Source of the DNA: Massalongia carnosa | Lineage: Eukaryota | DNA length: 64,000 bases | Direction of reading: 5' to 3' | Assembly (NCBI GenBank): GCA_965645245.1 | Contig: OZ287068.1 | Coordinates: forward strand, 2,108,001-2,172,000 | Shown: piece by piece, positions 23,156 through 36,408 of the stretch | Numbering within the stretch: the first letter of the stretch is position 1 | Layout of the letters: every line of letters begins with the position of its first letter | Notes under the pieces: generated by a model | Told to the model about the DNA's origin: nothing | The model's database searches: none | Seen by the model: only the letters and a program-made list of their open reading frames with translations | Position numbers and translations under genes: made by a program

Positions 23156-25815
23156 TGGCATCCATCAGATCTCCAGTGTCGCCCAACTTCTCGATGCCAT
23201 ATTCTGCGCGCCGGAATCGTTCCTCGAGTGAGTTCCAGCAACCCGAGCAGGCACATCACCATACACGCACGCTCAGCTCGCAACGAAGCTTCGGCAATAC
23301 GACTTTCGACAATGCGCCCGACTTAGATAAAAGCGCGAATGTGGAGAATGTGGAATTGGATCACGATGCGACCTCCGAGACGAATGGCCATGCACCAATA
23401 TATGACCGCCTGGACTGCTGGTTCGGGGGTCGCTTGGATCTGGAGTAGGTGGAGAGAGCTCGACGAGACCGAGCACTCAACTGACGGTTCTTTAGGCCAT
23501 GTCTTCGACGACGACACATCATTATGATATCTATCGGCGGTACCATAGGCATGGGTCTTGTGTTATCGAGTAGTAAGGTCTTGCGGATAGGTGGCTCGAC
23601 AGGCTTGATTTTGGCTTATGCACTGATGGGAATCGTGGTCGCGGCGGTAATGTCTTGCATCGCGGAAATGGTAGCCTTGATTCCTGAGCCGGGTGCTCTT
23701 GCATTGTTTCCCAGACGATTTGTGGACGCTTCATTAGGAGTTGCTGTGGGCGTGACTTATTGGTATTTCTTACCGATTTCAATGAAGGTGAAGTCCTTGT
23801 TAACGGCAATGTATTTTAGGTACACAAGCGCGATGGAGATTGCAACGTTGACCACGACCTGTGCTGAGGTTTCCGAGTACTGGAGTCGAGAAGTCTTGGA
23901 TATAGATATTGGCTGGAGGATAACTGTCTTCCTGCTGATGATAATATTCATTAATGTGCTTGGGGTCAAGGTAATCGCTCCAACCCTGCACTGGTCGAGA
24001 GTTCACGTTGTTTCGAAAACTATATTGACTTCTCAGGCATTTGGAGAGCTGGAGCACTTCTGCGCATGGTTGAAGATCCTGATGGTTGTCATTCTAACCA
24101 TCTTTTCGTTGATTATCAGCTCTGGCGGTAAGTCGTTGGCATATAATTTTGACAGAGACTTCTGCTGATCAACGGCTAGCGAATAAGCAACATACGTATT
24201 ATGGAACAAGGTGTAAGCTGAAGAAACCCTTCTTGATCTATCCTAAGACTTAAGAGCGTCTAAATTTTACTTCATTAGATTGGAAGGACCAATACAAGAT
24301 GCCTCCCAATTTCAACGGCGATCCGAGACTTGATGGTACGCTTGGAAGGCTTCTCGCGATATGGTGAGTGATCCTTCACTCTATCATGTTGCACAACTTG
24401 TATCTCTGCGCTTCTTTCTTTGGCTTTGAGGTATAGCATAGTCGGGAGGCTTTTCCAGGGATTGGCTGTAGACTGGCAACCTTGCCTTCAGGCTTCCGAA
24501 AACTGAGGGTAGTTGTGGATTTATCGCGCGGTGTTGGGTCGTATTGTAGCGTGAAGATGCTGTGTAAAGGAAGAGAGCGGGCCACGAACTAGCCACTTGG
24601 CGTATCGCACTTCATGTTACCAGGTACGCTGACGCTGGATTTTAGGGATTGTTGCACATCTGCCGCCTTTGCCTACACCGGTGTCGAAATCGTCGCCATG
24701 ACCGCTGCAGAAGCAAAATATCCGAAACGAGACTTCCCCTTTGCGGCCAAATGCACCTGGCTCATTACCATCGGGCTCTACGTGTCTAGTGTGCTGTTCG
24801 TCTCTCTGTGCGTTCCCTGGACGAGCTCGAAACTTTTGAACCCCAAAAGCAAATTCACCGGCGCGGTGTCTCCTTTTGTCATCGCCATCGACGAAGCTGG
24901 CTATGCTGTTTTACCAGGGCTGGCCAACGCTGGCTTTCTTTTTGCTGCCTGGACCGCAGCCAATACGCAGTTATACGTTGCATCTAGAACGTTGTATGGA
25001 ATGTGTCAAGGCATGACGCCTACGAGCAACCCCTGGCTGTGGCCCCTGGGCCGCACGAGAAAGATGAATGGGGCTCCCGTCATGGCAATTCTGGCGTCCT
25101 GCATTTTTGCACCATTGGCCTTTCTCCTATGTGCCACCTCGAACGCGCAGAAGGTAAGCGAAGATTGGTGCATTCAACAAGGGTCTCCAGAATCTAACTT
25201 GACACCAAACGCAGCTCATCAGCATTTTCAGCGGCATGGCTACAGTGGGGTGCCTCTTGGTTTGGGCTTCTCAATGTCTTGCCTTTGTGCGTTTTTATTT
25301 TGGGTACGAGGCCCTTGTAGTGATCGATGCACAGAAGATTAATTGCAAGCAAATAGGCTAAGGCATTCAATCTATGATCGGTCCTCCCCTACCTATCCCT
25401 ATCAATCGGCCGGCCAACCGTTCACCGCCATCTTCGGCCTGGTCGCCTGTTTGCTAGTCGTCATCTTCAATGGGTGGAAAGTCTTTTACGAGAGACCGTT
25501 CAAAGTAGAGAGTTTCCTAGCTTCGTATCTCTGGGTATGCCTCTCCTCCACGCCACCCAACTTCCCCTTTGGACTCCCATGACATTAATCTACTTCGAAT
25601 ATTCGCAGATCATCGTTTTCGTCTGCATCTACGGCACCCACAAATTCCTTACCAAAAGCGAAATCACCCCCCTCAACAGCCTGGACTACTATTCCTTCCT
25701 CGGCGCGCGCGAAGAACCCACCCCTCCCAGCAAAGGCTGGATCGGCAATATTTTCGAGTTCGAGAAGCCGGCGCCGCGCTCCAAGTCAGCCATGTCGCAG
25801 CGAAGTCTTGCCTAG
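23156..25815 (+). CDS. Amino-acid permease (APC superfamily, YAT family)
   Basis: After intron 23445-23495 reads LRRRHIIMISIGGTIG; EMVALIP, RFVDASLG, AFGELE, GTRYW, AAFAYTGVE..AAEA, SPFVIA, LYVASRTLY, YPYQSAGQPF; many GT..AG introns. Start codon inferred. Confidence 0.85.
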
Positions 25816-26720
25816 CCCGGCTTTTGGCCTGGTGGCTGTTTCGTTTCGTCTTTCCTGGTTGATCTGCTTCGTTTTCACCCGCTTTGCCGGGCGCATGCCC
25901 CGAACACCTTCACGGGGAACAATGGGTATCCGAACAGCGGGACGAGCGGTGTTGGTGACAACGAAAGCGTGGGTTTTGATAATTTTCGCTCCATTTTGTT
26001 TTATTCCAGCGTTACTAGGTGAGGGGAGGGGCGTAGGCGTGGTAGATACTTATGACAACGCAGGGGGGGGGCCCGCGCGAAACCCATCTATTTTCCCCCT
26101 TCTCCTTTTTAAAAAAAAGCCCATGCGGCTTTTCCAATCCCCCTCCGCCCCCCCCTTTCTCTCTCTTCTTTCTTTCTCAATAACCACTCGTCCGCGAGAA
26201 AGTCTGGTCTGGGGGCCACCCGATCGATTTATATCTCTCTTGTCCATCCATCCACCGCAAATATATAAATATATAAATAAAACCGAACTACTTCCAGATC
26301 CTGGTTTGCATTTCCTTGCCTTGCCTATCCACTCGAGAGGGCGAGAGAGCGTGAGAGATATAGAGATATAGAGAGAGATACTAGAGAAAATACTTGACTA
26401 TGGTTCCCGAAGCGCTATCGCATGCATATTTCTCTCTCTCTATATTTATTCATCTCTTTCGTTCGTACCGACTCGAGTACCCATCATCCATCCCCTAGTC
26501 CTGGATATGTATGTATCTTTACGAAATCCTGGGGAGACTGCTCGGCCCCCCTTTCTGGGTCCTGCGACTGTTTGGTTTGGTGGAATTACTCTCGGCCATC
26601 TCTCTGCCTGTCTGTCGGTCCGTTGCGATTATTTGGTGATTCGGTGATTCGTTTGTTAGGCTATAGGGTATAGGCCTATCTATCTAATTTTTTGCTTTGT
26701 TTTTATCAATCCATTCACCC

Positions 26721-26768
26721 TCGGTCGCTCGGTCGCTCGGTCGCTCGGTCGCTCGTTCGCTCGTTCGC
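26721..26768. repeat. (TCGGTCGC)n 8-mer tandem repeat
   Basis: Four perfect copies followed by two TCGTTCGC variants. Confidence 0.85.
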
Positions 26769-29700
26769 ATACAGTACAGCCAAGCCCATTCCATTCATGA
26801 CTGATTATCTGACTATTAGCCTGCCTACCTATCTACCGACCCACCTCCATCATAACCCTCAAGAAACTTCCCTCAAAACCCCCCCCCCCACGTTGTTGAT
26901 GACGAGATCGGGTCGGCTTTTATCGTTTCGCATTTTATCCTCCTCCTCCTTCCCCTCTCTCCCCCAACAAAGAAAAACGGGCTGGCTTTTTTATGTGGTC
27001 GGGAAAGCTGGGCGGGGATAGTACGCTTGGGAGGGAGGGGAGATAGATGGGTGGGAAGATAGGATATTAGGGAAATGGATGAATAGCATAGGGTAAGGAA
27101 GATGTGGATGGAGAGATTGGGGGGGGGGGGGGGAAGGATGGTAAGGGACGAACGAAAGAGATAGAAAAACACATTGGAATGGTGGAAGAAACTGACTGAA
27201 ATTATTCAATCAACCAGTCAGTAATTGGAGAGAGCCAGTTAAGATACGTTGGATCTTCTGCTTGTATCTCCTAGTTGTTTTAAGGGGTGATTTATGGGAT
27301 TCCGTTTAAGGATCAATGTTCTGTTCTTGGTGGTTTCTGTTGTGTATAAAGATTGGAGAGGGAGGGAAGAAGACGGCGAGGGGAAAAGGATAGAGAGAAA
27401 GAAGGAAGGGAACAGGACGAAAGGGAAAAAGGAGAGAAGGAAGGCAGAAAGGCAGAAAGACGATGAGGAGAATTCAGGAAGAAAATGGAGATTTGGGCAT
27501 AGGTAGAGGGTTGATGAGCCGATGATGGGTGGATAATGAATGGCGAAAGGTCCGAAACGTTGGTTTGGTAGTGACGTGAGTGAGCGAGGTCGATAGATAA
27601 GTGGATGGATGGCTGCTTGCAAGAAGGGAAAGATCGGCGACTAGATGGATTGATCGACAGATGGATGGGTGTTGAAGATCGACGATCGTATTTACTGTAT
27701 CATCAACATATGTTTGGGCGAGAAGATAAAACCTTATCTGCACTGCACGTGAAAATAATCCTGGTATGTAGGGCAAAGCAGGTAAGATGTTTTGTTGACA
27801 GAAAGATCGATTTTCATCGGCCAAGGCACGCAGTCGTAAATTTCAATCTATCGGCTAAACTAGCACGATTCAGGGCTACCTTACTCACCTCTCTCTGACC
27901 GAAGAGGCGGCGTGAAACATGGATCCTCGATTGTGGCTGAGTTTCAATGATTGAGTGGTTGATTTTTAAGCTGATTTCAAATCGCTCTGGACAATCTAGG
28001 CTTTGGACATTGGAGCGAAGGAAGGGAGGAGAGAAAAGGATACGATGGGTGAAAGGAGTCGCTCAGGCGCAGTTTGGTACGTCTGTGAAGAAGTGGAAAT
28101 AACGGGATTTGCGACTGGGAATGATTTAATGGAGTTGCTGTTAGTTGCTTGTTGCTAGAGATTGTTAGTGTAGGGGTTGCAGGATCGGAGGTCACGCTGC
28201 AATTATCGGAGAAGTTGTCAGCGTTGGGGCGATGTTTTATGCGAAGAAGGTGAGAGTTGGGAGGAAGAATAAAAATCGGACGGTTTTAGCCTGTCAGATT
28301 TCATCGCAGTAGATGTATTTGGCCAAAAGATGCGATCTTAGCCACAGCAGCGTCTTCGAGGCGGCACGCCTAGATGTCACGGTGCGCGGCTTGCTGAATC
28401 TTAGGATCCTCTCATCAACGTAGAAAGATGGAGTAGCTTGAATGGCTGATGGATTATGCGACCGGCTATCTCGAAGGGAACGACAGGACAGTTTCCGTGC
28501 GGAGGTGAGCGAGAGCTGAGAGTGGCGCAGTTGTATTCGTTTCTTTGCATCTGCTTTGGAAGCTGAACCGTTTGAGTTTCTGTAAATAGCATGGGGAAAC
28601 TAAAGGGTTTCTGGGGAGGGAGATGGAGGAATACGATATCATACCGAGCGAGGTCGAAAGGTTGCCTATGAGGTATTCTTCGAATTAGAACGCCACTGAA
28701 CGTTTTAAAGAGTTGGTGAGAGAAGCTGCAGAGCAGAGGGTTTGCCAAGGTTCAATATGCCGACGAGCCATATTGATCACTGGACCTTTTAAAGGGATAT
28801 TGCAGCTTCAATTGGGCACTTGCTTCCTGAGTGAAATGATACGAGCGTGAAGACGCAAAAGAGCACAGTTTGGTAGATGTCTTGGTTCCCTTCGCTTTTC
28901 TGACCCTTTCGACATTTCTCAAGCGTTTTGCAGTGCTACCCCGGTCATCTTTCTCACCAGGACATAGTCTCGTGTATTTTCTGCGTGTCCGTTTGGTAAT
29001 TTTGAACAGAATAAGCCGTGCTCCATCGGCTTCGGTAACCTGGTTTTCAAAAATTGGAAATTCGGCAATTCGAGCACTTAACAAGAGCATTGAACCCGTC
29101 TTTAAGACAATTCTGCTAGCCCAGTCTGGAGTGAGAAAACAAGGCCTGGCAACAGATCAATGGTTTTCATATGAGTAGTAGGCTTGTGCAGGTCAAGTTA
29201 CTTGCTATATTTCGATAATCGTCTTGAGCACAAATGCTAGCCCGCATATCAAGTAAACGTTCACTAGTTTTCGTTCAGTCATGCTGAGGTGCCCAATCAT
29301 CAGGTACATGTAACTAAAAGGAAGATACAAGGCTCTTCTGCAGCGGTGGCACCGCTGAAGATTAAACATATGAAGATGGTGTCACCGCCAAGGAGTTCGA
29401 AGTTGGCGTACCAAGTAGTGGTTTCGAACCAACCGGCCAGCGTGATCGGTGGGAACTCGCCGACATCTGTCAGAGCTGCACTGAACGTGATCAATTCAAT
29501 AGCAGCCTGTTTAGAAACGTAGTCCACTGCCGGTTTACCAAAGATAAACCATTCAAGAGGTCTTATGATGGATCAGCAAGTTGCGTACATGCCCGCAGAA
29601 ATTATGATAAACCAAGGATATTGGACAAGTTTTCAAGGAATAAGAGTCATCAAGACGTCTGGCTTCAAGCGCTAGTGATAGCTTGCGTGAGTATCAAGGA

Positions 29701-30840
29701 CGCAGCTGCGGATAACTAGGTATTGGACTTCAGGATGCGCTATGTCAAACACAAGAAGGATTTCGGAATCTCGATCAGGACCGAGATAAGGAATCCGACG
29801 ACATGTGAGAGAAAAGGCAAGAAAATAATGTTCAAATCGGTTAACGCACGGTTAACATGGGATATTTCGTGTTATGCACCCCAGATTCATGGGGAATGCC
29901 AGCGATTCAAGCGAAGCCAGTCAAACGCAGCCAGCCCGATAATCCGTGGCCAATCATGGGAGAGCTTCAAGAGCATTGATTGATGATTGGTATACACTTC
30001 CTATCTTATGCATATGGCGCTTCCTGTGCGAATCCGAGCGTTGCAGATCTTCTCTTCATTCGTCTTCTCTTGGTTGATTTCGTTGGGAGCGGGATGAGTG
30101 CCTCAATCGGCGTCTAGAGCGAGTACGATGGCCACTCACGACGACACAGGCAGCCTCGAGTGCAAAAAACGTTTGAGAAGTTCGATCAATCGGGTCAGTA
30201 AGGAGCTGAGGAGAGGAGGACTGGAGAACTGGAGGAGCAGAGAAGCATAGGAGCAATGGTGGAGGTACTCGGTACTCGGTACTCGGGTACTCGGTACTCT
30301 GTACTCTATCGAGCAGTAGGAAGCATGTCACGTGAATCTACCGATACCCAACACGTGATAGTTACCGCACTTCGGATCTGGGATCCGTCTCTTCTTTTTT
30401 CTCTCGTCTCCGTCTCCACCTCCGTCTCCGTCTCACCATCACATCACCACACCGACACTCTTTTCCTTACACCACACTCGGTGCGTTCTTATCAACGTCC
30501 TTATCATGCGTTCTCGCATTGCAGCTGCAATCCGTGAAACACCCTTTCCTAGTCGCTTGCAGTTCCGTTGCTTGAACATCACTGCCGCCACATGAACGCC
30601 ATCCTTGGCTCCTCTTCCCACAATCGGTTCCTTTGGAGTGTTCTCCACGAACGGTTTTCCTTTCCTTGTGCCCAGCTTCCTTTCGCAGCGTCCGATGTGT
30701 TCTCCGCCCATCTTTTCACGCCATGTCCTGGGAAAGTGGACTGGATCAGCCGAGATGGGATATATCTATCTTGTCCAGTTCCTCATCGGTCGCGCTCTCG
30801 ATTCGGTGCGCTCTTCTCTAGTTGCTTCTGTGGTGCCCTA

Positions 30841-30889
30841 ACGTATCACGTATCACGTATCACGTATCACTTATCACTTATCACTTATC
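30841..30889. repeat. 7-mer tandem repeat (ACGTATC)4(ACTTATC)3
   Basis: Directly visible about 550 bp upstream of the MFS gene. Confidence 0.85.
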
Positions 30890-31441
30890 CGGTGGGAAGC
30901 CGTCGGGTCTGGGCTCCGAGTTCCGAGTTCGCAGAGTAGACAAGAGATAGCTTATCTCGTCCGGTCGATCTTCGTTCCTACGTTGGATGTTTTATCGTAG
31001 AGGCTCCACAATTCCTTCACCGAGTCCCCTCCAATCCGAGGTCGCCCTCCGTCCACCGGCACTCGTGCACGTCCATGCCGCTAGTATGGTTCGATGGCGC
31101 CACAGCTGGTGGGTGCTTCTGCCCAGGTCGTTCGGCGTTCTGGTCTGGATTGTCACGGTGATCACGATCTGGATCAGTGCCCTTATCAGATTTTCCCCGC
31201 TTAGTCCGATCTACAATCGCACATTCACCTTGATCGTGACTACTCTGTCGAAAACATTCCTTCCATGGGTGGTCCATCTGTTCGTTCATTCATTCGTTCG
31301 CTCTTCGAACTCTTCGTTTGATAACTGAATGATATCTTTCTCTACCTCTCGCGTCCTTCGTCGTCCATCTGCGTACTTGGCGTATCTGTTTTTTGATCCT
31401 TGATAGCAATCGTCCCTGCCCTGACCCATCTGACGCCCATC

Positions 31442-33223
31442 ATGACAGCGGTTGAAGTGGTCGAGGGCCGTCCGAGTCCCTATGGCCAGGCTCTGAACGG
31501 TGCCAACGAGGGCAGTCCGCTTCTCTCAAAATCTGGGAGCCATGTGTCGAAAGGCTTTGTCCAGACAATTACCGAAGTCGATGAATACACGGAGGAGAAA
31601 CCGTCCCCGGAGTCCTTGATATGGATCATGTATAGCATTTGGGTGGGCGTGTTCTGCGCTGGTCTTGGTGAGTCAAAGGCTATACCTGACATCTAGTACT
31701 CCTGCTCGTCCGCTTGCGGGTGGATCGGATGCTAAAACACTCGGTCCACAGACGGCACGGTCATGGCGACCTTGTCGGTCCCCATAGCCGAAAGCTTCCA
31801 CTCGCTGCCCCTGCTGGCGTGGCTTGCCACTGCCTTTTTGATTTCCGAAGCGGCAACACAGCCGTTGACCGGGAAGTTGACGGACATATACTCACGCCGA
31901 TCCGGGCTGGTGATATCGAATCTGTTCTTTGCCGCCGGCAACCTCTTGTGCGGGGTGGCGTCGAACAAGTGGATGATGATCATGGGACGAGCGTTGGCCG
32001 GCATCGGAGGGGGCGGTTTGCATACGATTTCGACCATTGTCGTCAGCGACATGGTGCCCCTCCGCAAGAGAGGGTTATGGCAGGGGTTTTCCAGCGTCTT
32101 CTTCGGTCTTGGCAACGGGCTGGGGGGCGTGTTTGGAGGCTACATGAACGACGTGTGGAACTGGAAAGTGGCCTTTCTCGCGCAGATTCCGCTGACGGCG
32201 GCGTCTGCGTTGATGGTCTACGTCTATCTGGACAAGAAGAACGGCGGGGAGCGTGTCAAGCCCTCGATCCGCCAAGTGGATTTCCTGGGCTCGGGCCTCC
32301 TGGTCTCCACCTTGACGATTTTCCTGCTCGGCCTCACGTCTGGCGGCAACACCCTTTCGTGGAACCATCCGTTGATCACCACCTCGCTTCTTCTCTCCGC
32401 CGGGCTTCTCTGCGTCTTCATTTTCGTCGAGGAGAAAGTCGCCAAGGAGCCCATAATCCCTGTCAAGTTCCTGACGAACCGGACGGTGGCGGGCGTGTGT
32501 TTGACGAATCTGTTTTTGACGATGATTCTCTTCACCTTTCTCTTCTACCTCCCCGTCTATCTTCGCATCCGTGGCTTCTCCATCACCAGCGCTGGCGCCG
32601 CATTAATCCCTTGCAGCCTTTTCTCCGCCCTCGGCTCGTTGTTCGCAGGCTTCGTCATCCACAAAACCGGCAAATACAAAACGCTCAACCTCGGCATCCT
32701 CCTGCTCACGCTCGTCGCCACCCTCCTGATGTCGACCTGCACGCTGTCGACCCCCGAATGGGCCCCGACCATCTATGTCACCCTCGCCGGCACCGCGTTC
32801 GGAGGCATGCTGACCGTGACCCTGGTCGCCATCATCGGCGCCGTCCCACACAAGGACCAAGCTGTCGTCACGTCGCTCAACTACACCTCGCGCGCCCTTG
32901 GCGCCGTGCTCGGCGTTGCCTTGGCCTCGGCCGTGTTCCAGAACGCGCTCAGGCGGGACCTGTGGGAGAAGCTAGGGGATCAAGCGGACGCGGCCGACAT
33001 CATCGCCCAGATTCGGGATAACTTGGACGCCGTCCACGATCTGCCTTTGCGGCACCGGCGCCTCGCCATGGAGAGCTGCATGTTGGCTGTGTCCGCCGTG
33101 TTTCTGGCGACGGTGGGGCTGGCGTTTTTGGGGTTCGCCAGCGGCGCGATGATCAGGGAACTGACGCTCCCCACCACGTTGACTCGGGAAGATGGCAAGG
33201 ACATGGAAGAGGTGACAGCGTGA
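31442..33223 (+). CDS. MFS transporter, DHA2/Vba-like (14-TM drug or basic amino acid:H+ type)
   Basis: Exons 31442-31667 and 31752-33223; LDGTVMATL, QPLTGKLTDIYSRR, GRALAGIGGGG, SDMVPLRKRGLWQG, VDFLG, AKEPIIP. Confidence 0.9.
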
Positions 33224-34758
33224 TCGCCGGATCCCACTTGATTGGGACAAGGAATATAGGTATGGTGCGATCGGTCCTTGTCGTTTTGTTGGGGATGAAT
33301 CCTCCCAATTGCACCGTGGGGGGGATTATTACAAGCGGCTGATGCAAAAATGGCTACGTTTGCAGCGGATGAAGAGGAAAATCCATACGAATCCTCATGA
33401 GCTCACTCCCCACGCTGGCTACCTATCCCGATTAGCCCGCCGTGACCTCCAACTACCTGAACCTCACCTCGACGAGCCTCTCAACCATACTTTGCGGAAT
33501 GCATTTTTATGGCGACCATTGCAGCTGCAATTTGGCGTTGTGTGCTGGAGACCAAAATGGGTTACTCTTCGGCATTTTCCGGCGTTTCCTCCTTTTCTCC
33601 CGATGACAGTCATAGACAGCGGGCGTTGCGTCCTTCACTAGGCAGTGGTGCGATTCCTTGCAGCAGATGGTCTTTTTTTCAATCCCGCCTGCACTATCAA
33701 GGCAGTGGAGTTACCTAGGAGACGTATTTTTGTTCCCTCTGCTTCCTTACCATGAACCCCCCTACCTCCCTCCCCAAACCACACGTCTTCTTCCACCGCC
33801 CGCCAAATTAAAATCTCTCTATGCACATCTATCCATCAAAACCCCCCCTCCGTACTCCACGTAAACACCAACCTTGCCTACCACCTATTCACGCTATCCC
33901 ATCCCATCTAGGCTTCCCCAGCACGTAAGAAAAGGGAGAAGAAGGGGGGAAGGAACTGAAAGGAATGGGATGAAAAAGGAAAATAGGAAGGAGATCATCA
34001 CACCGCATCCCACAGTTCCGTTCATTTCGCTTTGCTTTGCTGTTTTCTGTTGCTTGTTTTTTTGGATTTTTTTTGGAGTTCATTGGGTGCGTTGTATTCT
34101 TGTCTTTTCTTTTTTAGGGGGGGGGGGAGGATTCCGTCCCCGTCTCTTTTTTACTAACCTGTGTTCTTTATGCTCTTTATGCTCCTTCATAGCCTTCTAC
34201 GATATTTCATAGCGTCCATCAATGGGCATCCTAGTGGATGACAATCTTCTCCTTCCTCTTGCTGCCCTTCTCTCCATTATTCATCTCTTCTCCTCCAATC
34301 TCGCTCGTCAAGCTTTCTTTTTTTTTCTTTTTTACTCCCGCAATTGATTGAGACAGAGATAGGAAGGAAATCGGCGAGATTCAACGATGGAGAGGGGTGG
34401 AATAGAAGGGTTTCGATTATTAGTGCTTTGCTTTTTTTTTATTTGCGGGAGGGGATTCCTTTTTCTTGATTGATTGATTGTCTGACTGGTTTTGGAGAGG
34501 ATGCGAGGGAGCGAGAATACTTGTTGTCCGCCCAGAGCGAAGTGCTTGCTTTGCTTGGTTGCTTGGTTGCTTGGTTGATGTTTTTTAGGGGGGGTTAGTG
34601 TCCGATCTAGAAAAGAAAACCGGGCAACTCCTGAGCAACGCGAGGAGATAGATGGTCGTCGGGCGTTCTGATATTCACTTTCTGGCTTACTCACTTTCTT
34701 CATCAGATCTTAGAAATCCCACCCCATTTGATTAACTGATCCCTTAATCCGCCGCCGC

Positions 34759-36203
34759 CTAAAACCTCGCCAACACCTTCCTCCCTGTCTCGCCCAACGC
34801 CCACGCGCTCCCAGCCCCGCGGCTCCTCGCCGTCGCTGCCTGCGCCACCGTGAAACCCCCCCGCCTCCACCGCCGGGTTATAGCCTACGCCGCTCCGCCT
34901 CGCAACCTCGTCGTCGTCGACGGGCGCGCTCACAGCCCCGTCCGCGCGCTGGTACACCGTCACCACCACGGCGCCGCCGAGGCCGAGGTTATGCTGCAGC
35001 GCGCTGCGGGCGCCGACCGCGAGCCGGTTGGTGGCCCAGCCGTGCAGCTGCCAGACGAGCTCGGCGCACTGCGCGATCCCCGTCGCGCCGAGGGGGTGAC
35101 CCTTGGAAATGAGGCCGCCGGACGGGTTGACCACGCAGGCCCCGCCGAAGGTGATGTCCCCCCGGCGGACCATCTCGTGGGCTTCCCCCCTCTCCGCCAA
35201 GCCCAGGGCGTGGAGCGTGATGAGCTCGTTGGCCGAGAAGCAGTCGTGGAGCTCGCAGACGCGGATGTCGGCCGGGGCGACGCCGGCTTCAGCCAGCGCG
35301 GTGCGCGCCGCGTGCGCGGTCATGTCGGCACCGATCAGGGAGATGGCGGACCGGTCGAAGAGGCTAGGGGGGTCGGTGGCGAGGGTTTGGCCGGCGATGA
35401 GAATGGCGTTTTGGAGGAGGAGAAGGTGCGGTCGAGCTTGCAGGAAGGCGGCCGAGACGACAATGGCGGCCGCCGCGCCATCGGAGGTGGGGCAGCATTG
35501 CAGTTTGGTGAGGGGTGGGTGGATCAGCGGGGAGGCGTCGATTTCGGCAATCGAGTACGCGGTGCGGAACTGGGCGTAGGGTTTGTGGGTCGAGTGCAGG
35601 TGGTTGACGCGCGCGATTTCAGTGAAATCGGACGGGAGCGCGCCGTATCTGGAGGAAGTACAAAGTATCAGGCAAAGACTGTTCAGCGGAGAGGAGAAGG
35701 GCAGGCTACTTCTCCATGTACTCCTGCCCCGCATTCCCGAACATCTGCGCCGCAGCAGGCGCATTGGTAAACCCTCTCGTCGCCTTCATCATCTCCACCG
35801 TCGTTCCAACAGGACTGGTCCGATCGCCCAACCCCCTGCGCAACCCACCCGCGAACATCTTCTCGAACCCCACCACCATGACGCAGTCCGCCGCGCCGTA
35901 CCCCACCATGTTGCGCGCTATCGCTTGACCCCGTCGACCCTGTCGCGCAGTTGTTGTGCACGTTGTAGATGGGGATCCCCGTCATGCCGAACTGGTAAAG
36001 ACCCGCTGGCCGCAGGTGCTGTCGCCGTAGCAGTAGCATGCGATGCCCCGGTTCACGTCGTCGTAGGAGATGTGTGCGTCCAGCAGCGCTTTGATGCCTG
36101 CTTCGAAGCCGAGCTCCGGGTAGTCGACCTCGTTGCGCGGTTTGGTAAATTTTCTCAGCCCGACGCCGAGGACGTAGGCTGGCGATCTGGGTTTCTTCCC
36201 CAT
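34759..36203 (-). pseudogene. SCP2-type thiolase (nonspecific lipid-transfer protein family), three frameshifts
   Basis: YCYGDSTCGQR, NNCATGSTG, GFEKM, AQMFGNAG, LTKLQCCPTSDG, ELHDCFSANE, NPSGGLISKGHPLGATG, QHNLGLGG; intron 35649-35709; frame breaks near 35997-35999, 35925-35928 and 34856-34862; repaired C-terminus ends ..KVLARF*. Confidence 0.8.
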
Positions 36204-36408
36204 TGTGGTGGATTTGATGGATTGGCTGTGATGGAGTAGAGCAGGAGGAAGAAAGATGATGAGGTCAAGGGTCGGCGGGGAACCGAGGTTCGAAAGGTAT
36301 CTTAGCCCTAATTGATTTACGCTAAGATAAGCGAGGAGTGAGGGATTTGTATGGATTGAAACTTTACATAACAGTCGAAGTTCTTGTGAACCTCAATTGA
36401 ATGAAATC

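Noticed and set aside
27474..29983. Scattered minus-strand ORFs that might form a gene
   Set aside because: No recognisable motif and no consistent splice model found.
31714..35770. Long alternative-frame and antisense ORFs (435 aa at 31714, 306 aa at 34850)
   Set aside because: Shadows of GC-rich real genes; Arg/Gly/Ala-rich with no motifs.
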